Shown here piece after piece: positions 27,065-32,000 of a stretch of 32,000 nucleotides of DNA. A model generated the notes under the pieces. That model ran no database searches, was not told the DNA's origin, and saw only the letters and a list, made by a program, of their open reading frames with translations. Origin of the DNA: Halomicronema hongdechloris C2206 (GTDB lineage: Bacteria; Cyanobacteriota; Cyanobacteriia; Phormidesmidales; Phormidesmidaceae); NCBI RefSeq assembly GCF_002075285.3, contig NZ_CP021983.2, forward strand, positions 1,590,001 through 1,622,000, given 5' to 3'. Made by a program: the position numbers and the translations under genes. The first letter of the stretch is position 1. Each line of letters starts with the position of its first letter.

Positions 27065-29377
27065 CTAGGTGGACTGCAGGGGTAAAAAGAGGGTGTCTTC
27101 GAGGTGTTGACGCTGCTCCGGGGCAAGCCTACAACCGTCTCGGTTGAGGCAGTCGACTAGGAGCTGGGTGCCGTAGTAGTACTGCCTCAGGAGGGTTTTC
27201 TCTGCCGCCGTGAAGTGCCAGTGTTGCTCGATGTGATGGCGGGCCTTGGCTGCCGCTCTGGCGCTATCGGCCACATGTTTGATGGTGTCGTCGTCCTGAG
27301 TGTGGTGGTTGAGGCGCTGGAGCAGTGTTTTGAGGGTAGTGCGCTGGTCGCTGTTGAGGTCCCTACAGGTAAGGGCGATTTGGATGGCGATCAGCATTAC
27401 CGCATTGGCGGATGGGGCAGCGGTGATTTGATGGGTGGCATCGTACTGGCGGGCGGCAGCAATGCCGTCCTGTAGGGACAGACCGTCAACCATGCGAGTG
27501 AGGAAACTGGCACAGACCAGCAGGTTCGCCTGGCGATCTACCTGCAGGGCGACGGCACGGTTCTCGTCGATGTCAAAGTCGACGTCGAAGTAAAACGCTC
27601 GCACGGCTGCCGGTTTAATGTCGGCCAAGTCTAGGGCGGCGCTGCGATCGCAAATATCCTGCAGAAACTGTTGTAGCCGTTGGCAGTCGGCGAGGAGGTG
27701 ATCCACGGCTTGCTTCATGGGCAACAGCAGCAGGGCCGCATCCCGCAGCAGTTCCGTAGTCAGCAAAAACACCTCCCGCCACCGCCGCTCCCATAGATGA
27801 TTCACCAAGGACTGGCAGGTGGTGGTGAGGGACGGACTGTTGAACACGATTTCCCGGGCGGCAAAATACTCATGAAAGGTGAGGTGGGAGAAGGAATAAA
27901 TGCCCTTTGCCCGTTCGATCAACAGGCCGTGTTGGGCCTCAATGGAGCGCAGGATGGCCTCACTATCCAGGTGCAACTCGTCTGCGGCGGGATGGGTTTT
28001 AGAGAAGTGGCGGATGTAGTCGGCGATATAGTGCTCAACCATCCCTTGTTTCATGAAATAGTCTTTCTGCTGGAAGGTAATTAAGGCGATATAGCTCAAG
28101 AGATCGGCTTTGCGCTGATGGGAGAGCTGGCGATAGACTTGCTCCCGCTGGATTCCTCGCTTGGCATCCCATTTCTTTAAAAGGGCGTCAATGCCTTCGC
28201 GATATAGTTCCGAGCGGCTGCTAGGGCATTCGCCTGATTCCTCAAAGGCCAGACAGACCAGGGTCAACAATAGGGGGCTGACCGTGAGTTGCTTAATGCG
28301 AGGGCGTTGGTCTAAATGCCGGAGGAAAGTGACGGCATCGATGGGTTTATGGCGGAACCACTTGTGAGCAAAGTCAGCCACTTGGGCGTCGTCGAAGTCG
28401 GCCACTTCAACTTCGGTGAAGGGTTCAAACACATAGTCCCAGGCGGCAATACGGCAGGTCATGACGAATTGGCTGCGCCAGAATTGCTCAGAAAAGTTAC
28501 GAATTTCTCGAATCACCCGCTGATGATCTTCGCCTCTGACTTCGTCTAAGCCATCCAGAAGCACTAGCCCATGGCCACTGTGAAGAACCCGATAGAAATC
28601 GGCGCTCAGTTGCCCTTGGTCAATGGCGGCCCCGTGGGGAGCATAGGGGTATAGGTCGCGATGGCTGATGTAGTCTAGTAGGCCGGGTCGACCGCCGGCT
28701 TCGGCAAAGTCTTTGAGGGTGACGAAGATAGGCACATGGTCGGCCTCAAAGGCTCCTTCGTTGCACTGAATCGCTAGGTGCTTCAAAAAGGTGGTCTTGC
28801 CGGCCCCTGGCTTGCCTAGCAGAATCAACTTGCGGTAGGTTTGCACGGCGTCTAGGGCCGGCATTCGCTCCTCGAGGACAGGCCCTAAGCCTACCCGCTC
28901 GAAGTCCTCGCGGTCGCAGCGGGCCAACAACGCTTCGATATGCTGGTGCCGGCGACCGCTAATTTGCTCCAGAATGTTGACGCTGGTGTAGATATCGTGG
29001 ACCCCGATAGGATGCGACATGTCTAACACCCGCATGGTGCCGCAGCGCTCTCGGATGCTGGGGTAGACTTGGCGCCGTAGTTGGTTAACGATGTCATCGA
29101 CAGTGATCGCCGCAGAAGCTAGGGGTTGGGGGGAAGCACTGACCATGGACGGTGGGGACGACAGGCCGGCAATTACTTGCCAGTCCAGACCGATGCGATC
29201 GCAAATGCCCATGAACAGAACCTGAGAAATCGCTTCCCCCTTGAAAAAATTAGTCACTGGCTGACGACTACACCCCACCATGGCGGCCAACTGCTTCTGC
29301 GTCCACCCGGCCTTCGTCAAGGCCTGACTGGCCAGGTGCAGCCCTTCAGGCGAGGCAGATAGGGACGGCTTGGCCAT
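27065..29377 (-). CDS. STAND NTPase: XRE-type HTH + NACHT + C-terminal all-helical domain
   Basis: HTH GWTQKQLAAMVGCSRQPVTNFFKGE (nt ~29174-29311). Pre-NACHT motif CGTMRVLDMSHPIGVHDIYTSVNILE. Walker A LILLGKPGAGKTTFLK (nt ~28793-28816). Walker B LVLLDGLDEV. Helical tail ends ...LLRQYYYGTQLLVDCLNRDGC. The ATG at 29377 is preferred; the track start at 29398 is a TTG. Confidence 0.85.
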   Translation of the reverse strand: MAKPSLSASPEGLHLASQALTKAGWTQKQLAAMVGCSRQPVTNFFKGEAISQVLFMGICDRIGLDWQVIAGLSSPPSMVSASPQPLASAAITVDDIVNQLRRQVYPSIRERCGTMRVLDMSHPIGVHDIYTSVNILEQISGRRHQHIEALLARCDREDFERVGLGPVLEERMPALDAVQTYRKLILLGKPGAGKTTFLKHLAIQCNEGAFEADHVPIFVTLKDFAEAGGRPGLLDYISHRDLYPYAPHGAAIDQGQLSADFYRVLHSGHGLVLLDGLDEVRGEDHQRVIREIRNFSEQFWRSQFVMTCRIAAWDYVFEPFTEVEVADFDDAQVADFAHKWFRHKPIDAVTFLRHLDQRPRIKQLTVSPLLLTLVCLAFEESGECPSSRSELYREGIDALLKKWDAKRGIQREQVYRQLSHQRKADLLSYIALITFQQKDYFMKQGMVEHYIADYIRHFSKTHPAADELHLDSEAILRSIEAQHGLLIERAKGIYSFSHLTFHEYFAAREIVFNSPSLTTTCQSLVNHLWERRWREVFLLTTELLRDAALLLLPMKQAVDHLLADCQRLQQFLQDICDRSAALDLADIKPAAVRAFYFDVDFDIDENRAVALQVDRQANLLVCASFLTRMVDGLSLQDGIAAARQYDATHQITAAPSANAVMLIAIQIALTCRDLNSDQRTTLKTLLQRLNHHTQDDDTIKHVADSARAAAKARHHIEQHWHFTAAEKTLLRQYYYGTQLLVDCLNRDGCRLAPEQRQHLEDTLFLPLQST

Positions 29378-29674
29378 GGGAACCCTCCAGTAGCTCAAGG
29401 ATTCATTGTACTCACCTCAGCGCCACCTAGGCATTACTGCAGCAAATCATGGGATTAGCGGCCCTGATTCAGCCTGTGCCAGTACTTTAATTATCTTTAC
29501 TTTACTTTTACTCACTATTTAAGTAGGATCTAACCTATCAGCTTAGAGGGTGGTCATCCCAACAGCTACTGCCCGAGTGGTGCATGAAACTGCTCGCTTC
29601 AGACATACATAGGGTCACTACGGACTAACTTCTGTTGTGCGCATTGTTCACTGCAAGGATCCCTTGCTCAGCCC

Positions 29675-31099
29675 ATGCAACAACTCCTTGGCCAAACCAT
29701 ACATAATCGCTATCGGATTCAATCCTTACTGGGGCGTCAAACTGGCCGTAGGACTTTCCTGGCCACCGACTTAGCAACGCAATCGCCCGTTGTCGTCAAG
29801 CTGCTGCTGTTTAATCCCGACTTTACCTGGGAAGACTTCAAGCTGTTTGAGCGGGAGGCCAACACCCTCAAGGCCCTCGACCATGCAGCGATTCCGCAAT
29901 ACCTTGACTCCTTTGAACTCGATACGCAGTTAGGCAAAGGCTTCGCCCTAGTGCAGAGCTATATTGACGCCTCTTCCTTAGAGACGGCAATTCAGGCAGG
30001 GCGGCTGTTTACAGAAGCAGATCTGATTGAGATAGCGGGTCAAATCTTAGAGATTTTGATCTATCTGCATGGGCAAAACCCACCAGTTATCCACCGCGAT
30101 ATTAAACCCAGCAATATTCTGCTGGCCAATCGCTCTGGCCATAGCGTTGGCACTCTCTATCTGGTTGATTTTGGTTCGGTCCAGACCGCCATAAATCAAA
30201 ACAGCGGCACCATTACTATCGTTGGTAGCTATGGCTATATTCCCCTAGAACAATTTGCTGGCAAAACCACGACCGCATCAGATTTATACGGCCTGGGGAT
30301 GACGTTAATTTATCTGATAACCGGTGTTCATCCCGCTGATCTTCCCCAGATCAATGGCCAAGTTGATTTTAGCGGTGATCGGATTAGCTATAGGTTCTCA
30401 AGATGGCTAAAACAGATGACTAATCCCCATCTAGATCGACGATTTGATTCCACTACCGCAGCACTCAAGGCACTTCACGTTGACGCAGAAAGCGATGGCT
30501 GTAATTCCCACCTCAAGCCTGCCAGTAGCCAGGTTGAGCTGTATCGAGATTGCGATCGCATTGAGATAATCACCCAAAAAACACCTGTTGCAGATTCCTG
30601 CGCAGGTTGTATCGTTCTTGCATTTTTCTCCATCATACTTTCTCTATCTACAGGCTCTTTAGTGATAGGAACTTCATTGTTTCTATCGATCATTCTCATA
30701 AGTGGAATTTACGCCAGAAACCTAGTGACTACTAAAGAAGTACTATGTATCGAGAGAAATACGAAAATTAGTATATTTTATCGCAGAGGCTCAACTCAGC
30801 GGGAGCATCATTCGTCTCCATTTCAAGCAATTAATTTACTGGCTTATAATCCAGGCTATACCTTCGACCGCTACATCAATGAGCAAGGCAGAACAATTAC
30901 GGGTGGGACAGTCACCATTTCTCCGAATCTCTCTGTTTATGCTGGCAGTCTTGAATATCAAGTGGGTGGCGGGCACCTTTCTCAAGCAGAGCTGTGGTGG
31001 CTGGGACAGGAACTGAGTGACTTTCTGAATCTGGAAATGAAAATCATTTATCCCACCCCTAAAGTCCCTGCAGAGCAAACCTGTGGATGTGGCTGTTAA
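29675..31099 (+). CDS. membrane-anchored Ser/Thr protein kinase with uncharacterised C-terminal domain
   Basis: Hanks-type motifs VVVKLL (Lys42), HRDIKPSNILL, DFG and GYIPLEQ. There is a hydrophobic hairpin at aa ~308-347 (CIVLAFFSIILSLSTGSLVIGTSLFLSIILISGIY). A ~125-aa tail ends in CGCGC. Confidence 0.85.
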   Translation: MQQLLGQTIHNRYRIQSLLGRQTGRRTFLATDLATQSPVVVKLLLFNPDFTWEDFKLFEREANTLKALDHAAIPQYLDSFELDTQLGKGFALVQSYIDASSLETAIQAGRLFTEADLIEIAGQILEILIYLHGQNPPVIHRDIKPSNILLANRSGHSVGTLYLVDFGSVQTAINQNSGTITIVGSYGYIPLEQFAGKTTTASDLYGLGMTLIYLITGVHPADLPQINGQVDFSGDRISYRFSRWLKQMTNPHLDRRFDSTTAALKALHVDAESDGCNSHLKPASSQVELYRDCDRIEIITQKTPVADSCAGCIVLAFFSIILSLSTGSLVIGTSLFLSIILISGIYARNLVTTKEVLCIERNTKISIFYRRGSTQREHHSSPFQAINLLAYNPGYTFDRYINEQGRTITGGTVTISPNLSVYAGSLEYQVGGGHLSQAELWWLGQELSDFLNLEMKIIYPTPKVPAEQTCGCGC

Positions 31100-31122
31100 G
31101 TTTAGCTACAAGGACATTGATC

Positions 31123-31821
31123 ATGACACCAGACCAAAAAGCCTTGTATGCTCGCATCTGCCGATTTGAGCTAGACGACCCATCGGCAAGCTTTCCCTTT
31201 TCTGCCAAACTCGCCTGGGAATATCAGTGGTCAGAAATCTATACCTACCGAGCCATTCAGGAATACAAGAAATTCATGTTCCTGGCAACGATCAGCGATA
31301 TAGATCTCTCGCCCTCTACTGTCGTTGATCGGGTCTGGCATCTGCATCTACTATATACCCGTTCCTACTGGGATGAGTTTTGCGGCAAGGTTTTGAATAA
31401 ACCACTCCACCATTTTCCGGGATCAGGAGGAGTAGATGAAGGTCTAAAATATTATCACCAATACTGTCGAACAGTAGACATGTATTTTAACTATTTTGGC
31501 GCGCCACCGAATGATATTTGGAATCGACCCAAGTTCAAGAGTGAAGGAACATTGTTCCAATGGGTGGATCGTCGCCGCTGCTGGATTATTTCGAAGCCAA
31601 CTATAGTATTCTGGTTTCAGAAACTGTTTGGAAAGGAGACATGCAAGCTTTGGACAAGGACTTTAGCCGTTTCGCCTAAACTTTTGGTGAAAAAACAGTC
31701 TGATCGAAATCTAGTGCCATTTGGTGATAAAGGAACCTTTTCTGAGGCTCATATCAAAGAGGCTAAGTACTCAAATGGCAGCAACAGTAATTTTATTGGA
31801 TCGGTCGCTGACTACCATTAG
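31123..31821 (+). CDS. DUF1399-like / glycine-rich-domain-protein-like protein
   Basis: The ATG at 31123 lies 23 nt after the kinase stop. FELDDPSASFPFSAKLAWEYQWS...AIQEYKKFMFL...VDRVWHLHLLYTRSYWDEFC...LHHFPGSGG matches the conserved module (WHxHxL...Y) that I associate with DUF1399 and the N-terminus of TIGR04222 proteins. The C-terminal third is unassigned. Confidence 0.6.
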   Translation: MTPDQKALYARICRFELDDPSASFPFSAKLAWEYQWSEIYTYRAIQEYKKFMFLATISDIDLSPSTVVDRVWHLHLLYTRSYWDEFCGKVLNKPLHHFPGSGGVDEGLKYYHQYCRTVDMYFNYFGAPPNDIWNRPKFKSEGTLFQWVDRRRCWIISKPTIVFWFQKLFGKETCKLWTRTLAVSPKLLVKKQSDRNLVPFGDKGTFSEAHIKEAKYSNGSNSNFIGSVADYH

Positions 31822-32000
31822 AATTCCACTGAAGTTTGAGCGTAAACTAGAAAGAAATCAGGAGCTCTAGTGCATCTACGGGGTGACGCTATACTCGGTC
31901 ATTCATTAATGGAAGTCGATTAGGATCTAATGATGAATTAGGGTGTTGGCTAACTTGATGGCAGTTATTTAGGGCAAACCCATGAAGGTGCGGATCTATG

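Noticed and set aside
29483-29525. Short TTTAC-type tandem repeats, considered as a possible CRISPR or minisatellite.
   Set aside because: The units are only 5-6 nt long and there are three of them, with no spacers and no repeat-spacer periodicity. I treated them as possible operator sequence instead.

Overview
The window is chromosomal DNA from a cyanobacterium. Evidence: 11 copies of the HIP1 palindrome GCGATCGC, a pentapeptide-repeat protein, and a cyanobacterial-type Ser/Thr kinase. I support about 30 genes. No rRNA, tRNA or CRISPR array was found. Housekeeping genes are nagA, purB, leuS, an LCP-family cell-wall ligase, a SAM methyltransferase and a gamma-glutamylcyclotransferase. At 4.0-8.6 kb there is a metal-related cluster: a COG0523 GTPase with a His-rich tract, a Tat-exported two-domain multicopper oxidase, an acidic (GGE)9 lipoprotein, a PiuC-type Fe/2OG hydroxylase and a thioredoxin-like 2Fe-2S protein. 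A Fur/Zur-like box lies in its divergent promoter region. Three visibly AT-richer segments look accessory. (i) 1.6-2.65 kb holds a MerR HTH fragment, a zinc-ribbon ORF and a hypothetical ORF. (ii) 9.5-17.3 kb holds a single-module NRPS (C-A-T-R) followed 39 nt later by a dCache hybrid histidine kinase. The NRPS adenylation domain is interrupted by a PilZ-like insert of about 105 aa. I saw no HIP1 site in this segment. (iii) 26.0-31.8 kb holds a degraded IS3-type orfA, an operon of an HTH-NACHT STAND NTPase plus a cupin protein, and a divergent operon of a membrane Ser/Thr kinase plus a DUF1399-like protein. The two best candidates for something undescribed are the PilZ-interrupted NRPS with its linked sensor kinase, and the HTH-NACHT/cupin/kinase locus. 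All calls come from reading the translations and motifs by eye. No database search was run.
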